Shown one piece after another: positions 63,517 through 64,000 of a stretch of DNA of 64,000 nt (its first letter is position 1; every line of letters starts with the position of its first letter). The notes beneath the pieces are model-generated. The model had not been told where the DNA came from. It searched no databases and was given only the letters and a program-made list of their open reading frames with translations. Both the position numbers and the translations under genes were made by a program. The DNA is from Eledone cirrhosa (Eukaryota): contig OZ024742.1 of assembly GCA_964016885.1 (NCBI GenBank), positions 170,066,001 to 170,130,000 on the forward strand, read 5' to 3'.

Positions 63517-64000
63517 TTCTTCTTCTTCATCCACTTATTCCTGAGAAGGTCATGGGGGAAAAGTACTCAAAAACTCCTTCCAGCAGATCCTGTCAGAAGC
63601 AACTGTCTCCAACTGATCTGGCCAGATCTCCAGTGAGACCAGCCAAACTCATGGATATTATCCAGCCATCTTGCTCAGGGTTTATCCCTGGATCTCATGG
63701 ATGCTCTCCAACCATCTTGCTCGGAGTCTACTCCTGGATTTCTTACCAGCTGGTTTTGCCCATAATATCTGTCCAGTGATTCTTTCTTGAGATATTCTAA
63801 CCTCATGTCCATAGAATCAGAGCTGTGATCTCTCAATTTGGAGAAATAGTGGCTCTACTTAGAGGAGACTCTCTGATCTCTGAGCTATGCATTCTGAGTA
63901 ACGTTACTCCAAAGACCCTTCGGAGGAACCCCATTTCGGCTGCTTGTATTTGTATTCTTCCGGTCATTACCCAAGATTCATGACCAAGGGTTGGCATGAA
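63517..64000 (-). mobile_element. RTE (Expander/Rex3-like) LINE 3' fragment, continues past window end
   Basis: Reverse strand PTLGHESWVMT...IQAAEMGFLRRVFGVTL...SSEIRESL*VEPL..IERSQL*FYGH...ARWL; tail GGATGAAGAAGAAG. Confidence 0.85.

Overview
AT-rich, repeat-dominated eukaryotic (animal) DNA. The SINE types (tRNA-headed CORE-like SINEs with RTE-type (GAT)n tails), dense microsatellites and MITEs look like a coleoid cephalopod, probably Octopus (inference from memory of repeat families, not a search result). No host protein-coding gene could be identified with confidence; two weak + strand exon candidates (24028-24192, 50747-50801) suggest part of the window may be a long intron. Recognisable coding sequence is all transposon-derived: an apparently intact DD37D (maT) Tc1/mariner element (52747-54037), a dead Hsmar2-like mariner (40946-42222), a degenerate RTE LINE (6364-9015), and fragments of L1/Tx1, CRE, CR1-group, Daphne-like and other RTE LINEs. 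Also present: nested TTAA (piggyBac-type) MITEs, hAT and mariner MITEs, Penelope-like remnants with degenerate hammerhead ribozyme motifs, and minisatellites of 24, 38, 48 and 76 bp. Most short ORFs in the track are microsatellite artefacts. I found no clearly new biological system; the best leads are the condensed mini-LINE, the hammerhead-like remnants, the intact maT element and the site-specific nesting patterns.
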